Shown here one piece after another: positions 49,891-62,748 of a stretch of 64,000 nucleotides of DNA; position 1 is the stretch's first letter; every line of letters begins with the position of its first letter. The DNA comes from Lama guanicoe (lineage: Eukaryota): contig MU056000.1 of assembly GCA_013239625.1 (NCBI GenBank), positions 12,103,175 through 12,167,174 on the forward strand, given 5' to 3'. Made by a program: the position numbers and the translations under genes. A model generated the notes under the pieces. That model did no database searches, was not told the DNA's origin, and saw only the letters and a list, made by a program, of their open reading frames with translations.

Positions 49891-52800
49891 TGACATAAAG
49901 CTGTTCATCCCATATCCATGTCAAAGACTAAAGGAAATTAAAAAAAAAAGCAGCAACAGCTAGTTACAACAAATCGCTAAAGGTATCTGATTTAAAATTC
50001 AACTCAAAAAGGAAAAGGTCTGGTAACAGTCTTATAAAGATTTTCCTGTGATTCAGCTTAAATTGGGAGTTAAACTGTGAGGATGAAGTAGGCCTATTTT
50101 CTGCCCCAAACACATCGTGCAAGTATGGAGTATTTCATATAGTGAAGTGTGGCTGGTCCATGCCCATGTCACCTCCTTTAAGACCTACAACTGCTCCCCT
50201 AAGCAGGCACTGTCACTTCAAACACTTTAGGGAGTTGGAACTGATCCCAAGGCCACAGGACTGTTGAGTGACAAGAGGCTGGACAGACACCATGGCACAC
50301 ACCTTTGATCTATTTCCAACTCAGGCCATTGTTTTACTGGCCCTGCACCTGGGTGGCCGCGCAACAGCCCTCCCACACCAGCAGGACCCCAGCGTCTCAG
50401 GATGCGCCAGACTAGGGCACCCTGCACCCCATGTCTCAGCCGGCGTGGAGCAGAGCTGCCTGTGCCCTTGGCGTGGGGCACGAACGAATGACTTAGTTAA
50501 CCACAGCTCCACAGGCAACCCTGAGAATGTGCAGAGGGCAGCAGGGGGCAGGTGGGGCAGTGGGAAATGCAGCTGTGGGAAATCAGCTGCAGAGAAAGCA
50601 GCAGGAAAAAAGAAAAAAAGAAACATGAATGAGATGAGCATAGTCAGTAATAAGGTGATACTCTACCAAACCCAGCTGCCCGCAGGAGACTGGAGATACT
50701 GCAGCTTAATGTGCTGATGTGTGATGGAAAATTTCCGAGATACAATTTTGCACAGGAGGCTGTTTACTAGAGCAGAGAAATGGATTCTTATTAAGAGTTT
50801 AAAAAATATTTGACACACTCTGAGTGAGTATCTGACATTTCACTTTAATCTCAAATGATGGGATGAAAACCAGCGAATGGAAGATGCAGAAATGCAGATT
50901 TCGTTTAGTATGATTACGACCTTTCCCATAAATAGTAAAAGCTTAAAAAAAAACACTCTGCCTTAAGGTGCAAGGAAAGAGTCAATTCTCTGTCCCTCAG
51001 GATTATTTAGGAAAAGGGAGGATGATCCGTGTCGTGTCTCATTTAAAGGGGATAAACAGACCACATTTCACCAATTCTTAATGCAAATACATTCCCCTCT
51101 CAATATGCCTGAAATCGGATGTGTCTGTGGCTCACTGACGTCCGAACAGCCACCATGACATAATTCCATACCTGGATGGACACGAATTTCATCACAGCTT
51201 TTCACTGTCTTTGAAAATCACAGGCACTATTGGAACTCCTCGCACTGCTTTAAATGTGGTCTAACTGCTTCTCTCTAGATTTGTCAGTGGAACAGAAAGT
51301 CATTTCACCCGCAGAAAGACCTGGAAGCAGAGTGCCAAGGTGTCACTGAGTTATCAGTGAAGCAAGTACTTGTGGTGGAAGAATGACAACCATTTCATAC
51401 CTCTTGCAAAGCAAAAAGCAAGCGCCTGGTGACAGGACAGCATGGTGTTCTGGCTAAGCAGGCAGTGCTGCTTCACAGTGATACATAAATAACGGTGTCT
51501 TTACAACCAGGGAAGTCATCGATTCAACAAAATAGACGCCTGGACCCAATGATGTGTAATTCCAAAAAAGTTCAATTGAAATGCTAAAATCCAGTTTTTC
51601 AGCCTTTCAGTTTAAACCCTTGCTATCTGGTGGATTTGCACATCCAAACCTCCTTGCCCAATCATGGCAGGGAACACACACCTTAGGGGGACCCCATTTA
51701 GAGGTCTGAGTGTTGGAGTATGAAGCGCCTTGCCAGACTCGCATTGTTTATGAACAAGCCTCTGGTGCTGTGCTTGGCTGTGCCCAAAGGGCTCTGAACC
51801 CTACGGGGGCCGTGTCTGAGGGGGCCAGCTGGGAGAGGGAGACCAAGAGAAGTAACGCATCAACACAGAAAGACTGGATCATAGTAAGGACATCATCCTA
51901 ATATTGACCTATTGGTGTATCCCGAGGGTAACTTCTCCAACTAGGCAAACTGAAGGTGATCCAGAAGCGAAAAACAGGCCAAAAGTAAAACAAACCAACT
52001 AGGATGGAACCTGTAGCAGAATTAAAGACAGCACTTAAGTCTCCATTTTTGGCAAAGTCAAGCACGCACACACCATAAACATCACAGTGTTCCTTGATGA
52101 GCAGTTCAATTCGACATTTACTGAGCACATGGGACAGCCTGGACGCTGAGCTACGCAGCAGGGCGCAAAGATGGAAGAGGCAGGCCCATCAAGGTTGTAC
52201 TTGGCCAAGGTCAAGGTCACCCATGTTTGTGGAATTACTTTATTCAGAAAATGGGATCAGCGTAGAGAAACCAAAGCCTAAAGAGAAATGTAAAGGGTCG
52301 CTGGGATCAAGTTCAGTAAGGCTCCTGAAAAATAAGGTGAAGAAAATGAGACGGGAAAAGATTCAGGAAGAACAAAACAGGACAAAAAATTCAAGGTAGG
52401 AAATACATTTCCTGCAGCTTCTGTAGGAGGTGGGCCTGGCCTCACGTTAGGGGCTGAGAACCACAGACAACCAGTTCTCACACCCGGGAAGGGAAGGGTG
52501 TCCTGATATTTACCATCTGTTTCCTTTTTTAATTCTGTCCCGCACCTCCCTCAGGGTTTTTCTGAGGAATGTTAATGACCGACTTTTCTGACAAGAACGT
52601 ATTTAAAACACCAGGCAGGGAGGGAAGGCAAGGATCCGGGCCACGGGACACCCTTGGGGAGAAATTCTAATGAGGTGAAGCAGGTTTTCTTTGATACAGG
52701 AATCTCCTGGGGTTGGTCTGGGCACTCCTGGCCAGCAACTACCACTGCCTGAGCAAATCACACTAGGACGAAGCCAAGGGGCCACACCACCAACTCAGCA

Positions 52801-55800
52801 CGTCTGATAGAGAATTCTGCCCTTTGTAAACCGAGAACTCTAAGCTGAGGGGAGAAGTACATCCCTCCGTGGTACCTGAGGCAAAGCGCTGGCTCAGACT
52901 AGCCCCTTCCAAGAGCTATGCTTTTATTCCCTTCATAACTCAGCGCCAGAAGGATTTCTCAGCAATGCTAATGAAATGTCTTCTATGCAACACGCAAGAT
53001 TAGTTACAAGTCATTCACAAAAGGAAAAAAAAACCCACATATGATTATAGTTGAACTGATCTAGCTGTTTCAGCATTTCAGTTACATCCACCAGCTTTTC
53101 AAAACATAAAAATCCCAAATAACAAAGCCCCGTAAGATTCCCACAAAAGGATTTCTAAATGCTTTGGGCCCAGGTGCCTATCCTGAGCTTCACACACTTG
53201 CCAAAGGAAAGGAGTCAGCCTGTGCTACATAAGCCTGGGGCCCATAGGGCTGCGTGGGCACGCTCGCCGGGCCACCATGGGAGCCCGGGATGTGCCGCGT
53301 AGGCTCCTAAAAGCACCGAACAGCTGCTCTGCTTTTTCTAAGGCCTTAGTTGTTCAGGCCACAGACTGTACAGCCATTGTTCCGATTCCTTTCTGGGCAC
53401 AGAACTGCCAAAAGAAACCTCTAGAATCTGCCCAAATCCACGACCCATGTTCCTGAATGATGCACAAAATGCCTCCATCTACTTGTATTCAATGCACCTT
53501 CTCAAGCTCCCATAATAAACATCTGATATGGGAAAGGTATGCAGTAAGGGGAGATGGCCTCACCCTTCCAGGCTGGAAATACACCTTCCCCATCCCTGGG
53601 CAAAGGCAAGCAAGACCTTCCCTGTGAAATTCCCAGAAGCATCTATCTCTGGACAAAAGAAAATTCGTAAGGAACTCCAAATGAGGGTTGTTTGCATACA
53701 CTTCCTATACTATCACCAGTAACACTCCAGTGTTTTCAGTGGAACCAAATGAATGCTAAGTGAGTCATAATTTTCTATTTCCACAGCCTAATTAGCTCCT
53801 TCACACTTACTGTCACACCTACATCTTAGGCCTCAGACAAGTTGGTTCTCATGTCTGACTTGCCAGGTGTCTTTAAAGGCTACCGAGATGTTTTTTCAAA
53901 GTCTTCTATGGCCCATCTCATGGTGTTATTAGTGCCTGACACTGGTCAGGAGGTGGCAAGGGCTATGAGCCAAGAGAAATGGAACCTTGAGGTTGGGTCG
54001 GCTCATTTTTTAAAATGCCAACACCAAAGCAATTAGGCACAATCAAATCCCAGCAAGGAAAAATAAACATCAAAAAGAGGTAATTTCTTCAATGTTCTGT
54101 GTTTTCACATAGGCCTCACTTCAAAAGTGACGGCAATTTAAAGGGAAAATAAACTCAATGTCACCCAAGAAAGAAAAAATACACACGGAGGACTGAGTTT
54201 TTAAAATTAAAAATTCTATCCTTATAAATAAGCTCTGGCTTGGCAGGTGACACCCCCGCCCCCGCTATTTCATTGAATATAAGATGCCAACGGCTGTAAA
54301 ACTGCACAATTATTACACCACTAAGAAGTGAGGAAAAGCTCCCAATTAAACTGTGGTTTGCCAAAAGCTGTAAGATGCATCTCAATGCCGAAGACCTTCA
54401 ACTGGGGAAAAACATGCACATTAAGCAGCTCCTATGAGTGGGGACTCAAATTGCAGAGCCCATGTATTTATCTTGTCCATACCGCCCAGTGTGGTTTTAT
54501 AAAGCACGGCAGGTGGATATAAACCAGCTGATGTGGGACATGGTATTGTTTTAACTGTTAATTTCCTACGTTATGTCAAAAAAAAACCAAAACAAAACTA
54601 TGTATTGTTAAGTTGCCTTTTTTGGTGATAACCTGAAACATTTTACTAAAAATCTGAAAAAAGGGAAAGATGAGTTACTATTGAAACTACAGAACTGATG
54701 CACATTAAGTCATCACAGATCTTCTGTAGTCTCAGCCATATGCCAAATTCTCACCTGCACACCTCAGAGCAAGGCAACCAACTGAATGGAAAATCCTCCA
54801 CTCAATGCAGTTTTGCCTTCCAAGAAGACAGAATTCAAAATTGTGATTCTTACAAATAAACACCTTAAACTACAAATGAGGAATCGTTGTAATAATAAAG
54901 TCAAAGGGAATTGGTGAGCAAAACGAAAATAAGATCTAGCATCGGCAAAGGTTTCGACCGCAGCATCACCAAACATCACATGAGGTCAGGTTCCTTTATC
55001 TGAATCCTTATGAGGACGGCTTCCAGTTCTTCCACACGAGGGGCTCTTGATATTCCTACCTTGTGGGGACTTTTCTGCTCTTCATAGGGATTACTGAGAG
55101 CAGATGTTGGCCAAATCATGATAAAAAAACTAAAATTAACAGCACTTCAAGACAAGCTGCCCATTTAGCATTAGATTCAGCAGCTACCTATATCTCACAC
55201 TCCATTTTCTTTGTTGAGAAGAATAAATATTATAAAACATATAAAATCACATTGTTTCTGATCCGGATACGGCATTCAAGAGCTAGAACAAGAGCGTAGA
55301 CACAAGAACTTGCGATGACAGGAGCCTTCTAATTGGTTACCATCAGCTCACCCAAGTCCTTAAAAGCCATTATTACCTCTTAAAATACAGACTCTTTGTC
55401 ATGTTTAACAATAAAGCAAAAGAAAAGAAAATGAAAAAAAAATCAACCACAAGAAAAAGCACACCAACCATTTCTTCTAAAAAGGTAGATAGCACATTCT
55501 GGAGCCTGCCCAAGATTTCAAACCAATACTTAAGGAAAGAAAAAAAAAAAAAAAAAAGCAAAGGTTTCACAATGTTTCCTTTTAAAATAGATTTTTCTAA
55601 CATGGAATGGCATCATTCAAAATCAGACAAGTAGGCTCAAAAGACAAAGGGATTCTTTCCCACTGAATGTTACACTATAATAATGTCATATACATTTCCA
55701 ACCACCTATAACGCAAGGATTTTGGAGAAGCCAAATCTGTGAGCAACTAGCTCAGGAGACAGTGTCCCCAAAGACACAGCCTGAGTCTAGAACTGCAGTA

Positions 55801-55808
55801 CATCTTAC

Positions 55809-55889
55809 CTTCTGCATGTTTGGCTTGATACAGCGAACAAAGAAAGGATTAGAGGAGCTTAGCGTTGCCATCAAGGAATGAAGGGAGTC
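55809..55889 (-). CDS. MYO10: MYO10 exon 19 (DSLHSLMATLSSSNPFFVRCIKPNMQK)
   Basis: atag|GAC TCC...CAG AAG|gtaaga; 81 nt; myosin motif PFFVRCIKPN. Confidence 0.98.
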
Positions 55890-56801
55890 CTATTAGAAAG
55901 GAAAAAGTGTATGTTGATTTAGTCTCTTATGATGTCTTTAAATTTCTCGGCACCCTAAGCACTTATCAGAAACAAGCAAAAAGAAAACAACACAAATCTG
56001 AGGAATAATAGAGATTTTATTTTTAATCCTGTCATTCTAATATAAACTAAAGGTATCATCATTGTCACAGAAGCTATTTCACATACACAAAACTCACTTA
56101 ATTCCTTGACACAGTACCCTTAAAAAAACAAAACTATTCTGTTAACCAGCAAAAAAAAAACAACCACCCTGGGATATTTCAGTGTTTAGTACAGAAAACC
56201 TGAGAAGCATCCATTCTCCCACCAGAGTTGTTGTTCTTCCTAATTATTTCCATCAAAATGACAGTTTATACCAGTACTTCACTGGTTTTTGAGCCACCAT
56301 CTCTCACTCACCATCTTCAAACCACCAGGCAGCTTAATCTTCCACCATACTGCTGTCTCATTTGTTTTTTTTAACTTGTTTTTAATTGTGAAGAATTTTT
56401 AACATTTACCAAAGCAGACTGAGCATGTAATGAGGAGCCAGCATCAGCATCAGCCCCCGGCTAACCTCATTTCATCTGATCTCTGTCCCTGTACAGACCA
56501 CGCCCTCTTTTTGCAGAAAAGCAAATCCCAGACGTAGTATTACTTCATCCCTCAATTTTTCAGTATGTATTATCAAAGTCTAAAGACTTTAAAGCACACA
56601 TAGGTAACCACAATATCTTTCCTAAAAAGATTTAACATGAATTTCTTAGTATCAACATGAAAAGGTGCAACTATCCCGTTTCTTATTAAAATACTCCACC
56701 GTCTCAAATTTCACGATCTGTCAATGGCTGCTTCTTTGAAATTAGATTGCAAGTAAGGTCTAGGTAGTGCAGTGGGTTGATATGTCTTCTAAGTCTCTCT
56801 T

Positions 56802-56933
56802 GTTTTTGTTTTTTTGGGGGGCGAGTGGGTAATTAGGTTTATTTATTTACTTTTAGTGGAGGTACTGGGGATTGAACCCAGGGCCTCGTGAATGCTAAGC
56901 ATGTGCTCTACCACTTAGCTAACCCCCCCCCCA
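56802..56933 (-). mobile_element. Vic-1-like SINE with TSD
   Basis: Reverse-complement SINE body; taagtctctctt at 56790-56801 and 56938-56949. Confidence 0.9.
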
Positions 56934-57334
56934 CTTTTAAGTCTCTCTTAATTCCCTGGTTTTCCCTCCATCTCCATCTTTCTCTTTTTTCCTTCTTACA
57001 GTTTTGTTGCTGAAGAAATGAGGTTGTCTTCAGTACTACACTGATTAGTTACTTCTCTGTTTAGGAAGCTTTAGGATCTCTCAGATGACAAAATGTCCTG
57101 GAATTCATGACCCTTCATATTCTGGGACCCATTTCAGTTCATACAAGGTGTCCCGTCAGCCGGCCCCCGTCTATTCAGGGACAGGACTCATGCTCCCGAT
57201 TCAGGACTCCGCCTCCTGCCACTTTCCCATCTCCTTGCTTCCTGGTCCACTTCCAGTCCCAAACATCCACAAAACCTCCGAGGACAACTCCAGGCCACAC
57301 TGACCCAGAAACAGACAACGCAACCCTCTACTGG

Positions 57335-57575
57335 ATGATTAAGGGCCGAGGGTTTAGAGTCAGACAGACCTGGGTTCAATTCAAATCCTAGCTCCAGTCC
57401 TTAGAGGGACTGAGCAAGTCTGCATTTCTCTAAACCTCAGCTTCCTCATGTATAAAATGGGGACAATAATATATACTTCTAAGGTTATGGGAGAAGTGAA
57501 GGAGATAATGTATATAAAGTGATCAGCCCAGTGACTAGCTCATGGTGAGTGCATAGGAAATGGCAGCTGTTATCA
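57335..57575 (+). mobile_element. MIR SINE
   Basis: gagtcagacagacctgggttcaa...cctcagcttcctcatgtataaaatgggga core. Confidence 0.85.
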
Positions 57576-58342
57576 TACCCCGTCTGGGTCAAAGCTGCCC
57601 TTCCTACCACACGAGCCACCAGGTCAGCAGTGGTGGGGTGTGGGGCTGGTTCATCGCCAACCAGTCCAACAGACCTCACACAGAAGCCCCACCTCCAATG
57701 CAGCCAACACTGAGTAACTCAATGAAAGAGAGCCTCCCAGAGGGCAGATCAATAAGTGTCCACTGACACTCCTCCATTGCCCATTATGTTAGGATTTGGG
57801 GGTAGAACGGAACAAGTCAGTTAGTGAAGTCGTTTTCATATGCTCTACCTCTAAACTTTCTAAAATGTTCACATATTTCAAATGCAAATAAGAATAGTCC
57901 TCATACTTTCCCTGAATTTTGGACATCTGGACAAGGTAACTGACACTGATCTGATTTAACCATGCACTTGGTTATGATACTGTAAACATACATGAGAAAA
58001 GTTTTAAAAATTCAGACACTGGAAGAAATACTTTATATTCACAAGTCTTTAAATACAAATCAGAGCAATTCCAAATGACCCAACAGTCCTTCTTGAGAAT
58101 TACCATTTTATAAGCTTAAAATAAGTAGCTATGTATTTCTAACAAGACAAAAAAAAAGTACATCTTTTTACCTGTCTCAGAAATAAAAAGTATATTTTCC
58201 TTCTAAAGCACTGTCTGATTTAAAAGGAGAGGAAAAAAATTAAATATACACCTCCATAGACCTCACATAAACCCGATTTCTATTTTCAATTCTTAAAATC
58301 ACAACAAAGATTGATTCCTCCAGGCCAGCAGCGCAGACTCAC

Positions 58343-58451
58343 CTTGAACTGTGAGCTGACTGTGGGCCGTCGATGTTTGCTTCCACATTTCAAGGTATCC
58401 TGGTTATTGCGGCTTGAAACATGTTCAAATAGGTCGTAGATGAAGTCAAAT
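58343..58451 (-). CDS. MYO10: MYO10 exon 18 (FDFIYDLFEHVSSRNNQDTLKCGSKHRRPTVSSQFK), loop 2
   Basis: cacag|A TTT GAC...TTC AAG|gtgagt; 109 nt. Confidence 0.98.
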
Positions 58452-60227
58452 CTGTGTGAGTGAGCAGAGAGGAGAGGGACCATGAGAGGCACACACCCAA
58501 TTATCAGGTGCAGGATTACTGCAATTGCAACGCATTTCCCCACTGAAAACAATACACCAGGCCTGGAAGAGCTAAGACAGCTTCCAAAGATTTCAAACCA
58601 ACCACTGCCAACGGGCTTTGGGCACAGAAAACAGATGGGGCGGCCTTCGGGGCACTAGAGTTGCAGAAAGAAGAGGACCGGGAGAAAGGCGACCCCAGGT
58701 GACAAGCCACTAGGACCGCTGGGCTTCCCGGAGCTTCTGCAGCCTCGGCTTCTCGCCTGTAGAAGGCGGGTGTCTGTCTTGTGCATCTCAGTGTCGCCAG
58801 GATCCCACCAGGTAACAGATGGAAAGGTGCTAACTGTAGAGCGAGGCCAATCAGGCCCAAATTCCGCCTCCTCCATGTCCCAGTTGTGGAACTTAGGATG
58901 CTTGACCCTCTAGTCCTGTTTTTCATCTGGAAAATGGGGGCAATTTTAGGATTTATCCCGTAATCCTAGGGGGAGAAGGAAATGAAGAAATGCAGGCAAA
59001 AGGCTGAGCGTGATGCCCCGTACCTCCCACATGCTGATGTTACTTGCTCTTATTATTAAAAATTTCTGTAAAACCTATTGCCACTGCTAACAGAATAAAA
59101 GGCTTCTCAAGAACGTCTTTCAGTCTTCCCTGCATAGAAGATGCTATGGGCTATAACACAGGGACTGTGGTAGCTTTGCTGGGGCCAGGAAAGGCGGGGA
59201 GACCGCCTGGCATGCCCATCCTCCAAGCGGCGATGCCTCTGGTCACCTCTCATCCCGCCCGGCCCGTTCTCATTTTCCTTCTCCCTCTTTGATGTTCTCT
59301 GCACTCTGAGCACTTGGGAGAAAAGCTGTGGTTCCACTTAAACTGTCACAGACGTCAAAGGGGGAAGGGAGCAGGGCCAGGGAACAGCCCAAGCCTCTCT
59401 GTCTGTAAAGAGAAACCTGGGGATGTTGTGAACAATGTTCTTCACCTCAGTTTCACAACCAACGGACATGATGACCAAGGCAGCCGGTGTAACGCTATCT
59501 CACTGGTCTCCAGGCTGTCTTCACGACAGCAAAATGCTTCCATTCAACCTCAAGACACCGGTTTGACTTAAATGTACCACTTTCATCTGCTTTGAGAATA
59601 ACATGTGGTGTTTTAAAAACAGCGCCATCTTAACAGGTCTGAAAACTCATCTGAAGAATAAAAGTAGCTGACAAAGTTGTAAATAGGGAATTCTCAGGTA
59701 GGAGAGTTATTTAAGACAAGCTGGAAGATGGAGCATGCCCAGTCCATGGTTCTAAGCTGAAACTTCAGATGGGTTCCCTTTGCCCCAGGTCACAGCTCTC
59801 CAAGTGACAGGGTGGCCACCTGGTACTTCCATTTCTGAAAGTATTACAGTTTTTTAATAACTATTAAAAATTTGTGATCGATTCATGCTGGATCTGAAAC
59901 AAGTATTGAAAACTGTAAGGCAAGGACTGTTTCCCCCTCTTTCTTGCTCACAAAACTTCCTAAAACTAAAAAGCCTCCTGGCTTAAAACATACAAATAGC
60001 TAAACTAATCATTGTAAGTTTCTGCATGCTTTCCCTAATTATCCATTTAATAGTGTGGATTTTCAATTCACGAACAAATAAACGTGTAATTTATAATTTT
60101 AGCTGAATCAGTACTTGTTTAACTCCCTCAACAGCTCTCACAAACACTACAGACACATGGGTGCTACAAACCCAAGACTGAGATCAGTTTGAAACCTAGC
60201 TCTAAGCTTGCACTGAAGAAAGTAGGT

Positions 60228-60400
60228 GATACTGGTTAAGATCTCAGGTTCTTGAGTCAAACAGACCAGATCAAAACTAGCTGAGGGATCTTGGCCAAGT
60301 CACTTAACTGCTCTAAGTCTTCATTTTCTCACCTGTGTAATGGGATTAATACAAGTATCTAACTCATGGATTTGCCGTTCCTCATAAAATAGTAGTCACT
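60228..60400 (+). mobile_element. MIR SINE
   Basis: cttggccaagtcacttaactgctctaagtcttcattttctcacctgtgtaatggga core. Confidence 0.75.
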
Positions 60401-60568
60401 ACCACTAGTATCAGCTTTTATCTCTCAGGTCATTTTATTGATGAAATATTGCCTGAGGAAGAAGATAATGAACCCAGCTGCTTCCATATTAATTTTTTTC
60501 CTACATTCGTGAATTAAAAGCATTTGCACAAATATTAGTTTGACATCTCCAGGAGGAGACTGACGTAC

Positions 60569-60651
60569 CGGCTCTCTCTCAGCAAGTTGAGAAGATCATC
60601 CCTGAAGGTATCTCTGTTCTTCTCCAAGATGCCCCGCACATCATACTGAAC
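60569..60651 (-). CDS. MYO10: MYO10 exon 17 (VQYDVRGILEKNRDTFRDDLLNLLRES-R)
   Basis: accag|GTT CAG...AGC CG|gtacgt; 83 nt. Confidence 0.97.
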
Positions 60652-60844
60652 CTGGTTTTGGAAAATAAATGAGAAGGCAGAACTGATAAAAAAAAAAAAG
60701 CATTTCAGACAATGAGCAACTCCTTTAAAAGGCAGGACCATGAAAAGGCATTAGTTCAGCATTTTTATGATTGACTTCTGAAATTACTATTTCTCTAAGT
60801 ATCAAATGGGCAAATATTAGCAAGGATCTTGATTACGAAGTTAC

Positions 60845-60913
60845 CTCTCCAGCGTAGTGTTTCACTCCAAAATTGTTGACTGCAACTCTGGGCTTCACGT
60901 AAAAGTGGTTATT
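60845..60913 (-). CDS. MYO10: MYO10 exon 16 (NNHFYVKPRVAVNNFGVKHYAGE)
   Basis: ttattag|AAT AAC...GGA GAG|gtaact; 69 nt; myosin motif HYAG. Confidence 0.97.
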
Positions 60914-60932
60914 CTAATAAAAAACAAATACA

Positions 60933-61082
60933 GGGGGAGGATACAGCTCAGCTGTAGAGTTCATGTCTAGTATGCACAAGGGGGTTCAATCCCCAGTACC
61001 TCCATTAAAAATAAGTAATTAAATAAAAACCTAATTATCTGCCCCCCCAACAAAATGAACAACAATAGCAAAAAAAAACCCC
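60933..61082 (+). mobile_element. Vic-1-like SINE beside the exon 16 acceptor
   Basis: gggggaggatacagctcag...ggttcaatccccagtacctccatt; TSD aacaaataca at 60923-60932 and 61083-61092. Confidence 0.88.
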
Positions 61083-61500
61083 AACAAATACAAATGCCTA
61101 ATTTCACTCACTGATGATTTCCATTGATTTCCAGAGAAAATTAACTATCACTGACAGTGAAAACAATTTCAAAACCTGCTGAGTTTCAGAGGTTGAGGAC
61201 ACATCCTGCGATGCACTTCATCAAGACCATGTAACTCTGGTCTGTTGTCAGTACACTAGGCTAAAAATGTCAAATTTTATACTCAAACTAAACTTGGGCA
61301 TATTCTGAGAAGTGGCCCCAAATCTATGCCTTTGGCTCATTTGAATTTAGCTCTATCAATTGGTGAAGCGCTTTCGTCTGAGGAAAAAAATTCAATGTGG
61401 GAGGCAGAGTGGGGCCAGAAGCACTGAAATAAGTGCACATCATCTTAGACCGCAGATCTGCCGCTCAGACACCATGAGGAAAGGGCAGGTTTTGACATAC

Positions 61501-61593
61501 AGCATGTTGGGTGTGTAACTTCTCCAATAAGGTGCCGTCCGTGGCTTGAGGAAAATGGCTTTCTTCATTGATAAGAGCTAGGAGACCAAGTTT
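61501..61593 (-). CDS. MYO10: MYO10 exon 15 (KLGLLALINEESHFPQATDGTLLEKLHTQHA)
   Basis: ttccag|AAA CTT...CAT GCT|gtatgt; 93 nt. Confidence 0.97.
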
Positions 61594-62074
61594 CTGGAAG
61601 AGAGGAAAAAGGTTAAATGTGAATTAAACGTTGAATGTCTGCCTCTAAATAATTTCACAACTCCTTTCCTTTCTACTATCTATCAAAGAATTTCTTGGAT
61701 TGAAAAATTCATAGTGATACACCATAAAAGAATTCAATTAATTCCATATTAAAAAAACTGAACACACTGCAACCTGGTGGACAAAAGTTTTACAACTGGC
61801 CAATCTATTCTTGGTACTGCAAAGCTCTTGATGCTACGCGAAGCCACCATTGACTCTTAAAATACTGGCTTCAATGAGACAATGGGGTTTGAAGCAGCCA
61901 AGTATTTAAATTCATCCTTGCACATTCACATTTATGTTTCCAAATGGTCCATTGTGTTCTAAACATTCACATCTTTGATGTGCGTGTTCGTACAAGCTAT
62001 TTTGTTCCCATAAACATGAATCAGCCCAGCTGGACACCCCTGGGACTGTTAACAATTCTCCAACAGTGTATTAC

Positions 62075-62141
62075 CTTCTCAATCAAGTCCAGGCATTCTC
62101 CATTGTCAATCCAGTCAATATCTTCCCACACTAAGCCTTCT
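62075..62141 (-). CDS. MYO10: MYO10 exon 14 (EGLVWEDIDWIDNGECLDLIEK)
   Basis: ctacag|A GAA GGC...GAG AAG|gtaata; 67 nt. Confidence 0.97.
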
Positions 62142-62223
62142 CTGTAGAAAGATTTAAAAAAGGCCAAATTGCAGTAAAATATAGCTTTAAAATTATCCAA
62201 TTTAGTGGTTGGTTAAAAAAAAT

Positions 62224-62311
62224 TAATTTTTTTAATGGAGGTGCTGGGGATTGAACCCAAAACCTCGTGCATGCTAAGCATGCTCCCTACCACTGAGCTA
62301 TACCCACCCCT
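62224..62311 (-). mobile_element. Vic-1-like SINE (short form) inside the 209 nt intron 13
   Basis: aatggaggtgctggggattgaaccc...cactgagctatacccacccc. Confidence 0.88.
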
Positions 62312-62350
62312 CTAAAAAATTTTTGGAAATGCAATTCGGTAAGTACTTAC

Positions 62351-62451
62351 CTGTTATATTCCAGTTGTTCTAAAGAAAAAATATGCTTGTTGAAATATTC
62401 CTGAAGTTTCTCATTTGCATAGTTTATATTGAACTGCTCAAAGTGATTAAC
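62351..62451 (-). CDS. MYO10: MYO10 exon 13 ([34 protein letters not shown]), relay helix
   Basis: cttag|GTT AAT...AAC AG|gtaagt; 101 nt; myosin motif [14 protein letters not shown]. Confidence 0.98.
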
Positions 62452-62601
62452 CTAAGTGGGGAAACCATCCAACAAATATCGTTAGTACCCTCATTATTTC
62501 ATCTAAAGGTCAAGAAAAGGCGTCAAAAAATCTGCAGAGAAAAATATCAATATTTATTTAAAGAGATTTGTTTAAGATTCCCCCACTCTTCAGAAGCATA
62601 C

Positions 62602-62748
62602 CTCAAAGTTTTCGAATCCGAAGATGTCGAGGATGCCGATAGACTTGAAGTCATCCTTGCCCTTGATCCTACTGTTGATCTTCTTGATCACCCACTCGAA
62701 GCAGCGGGCGTAAAGAGCCATGGCCAAGGAGTCTCTGCTGTCCACCGC
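62602..62748 (-). CDS. MYO10: MYO10 exon 12 (AVDSRDSLAMALYARCF...SIGILDIFGFENFE), switch II
   Basis: cgcag|GCG GTG...TTT GAG|gtatgc; 147 nt; switch II motif LDIFGFE. Confidence 0.98.

Noticed and set aside
50538..50551. CTCF-like GCAGCAGGGGGCAG
   Set aside because: Mismatch in the core and a single motif; unsupportable without ChIP data.
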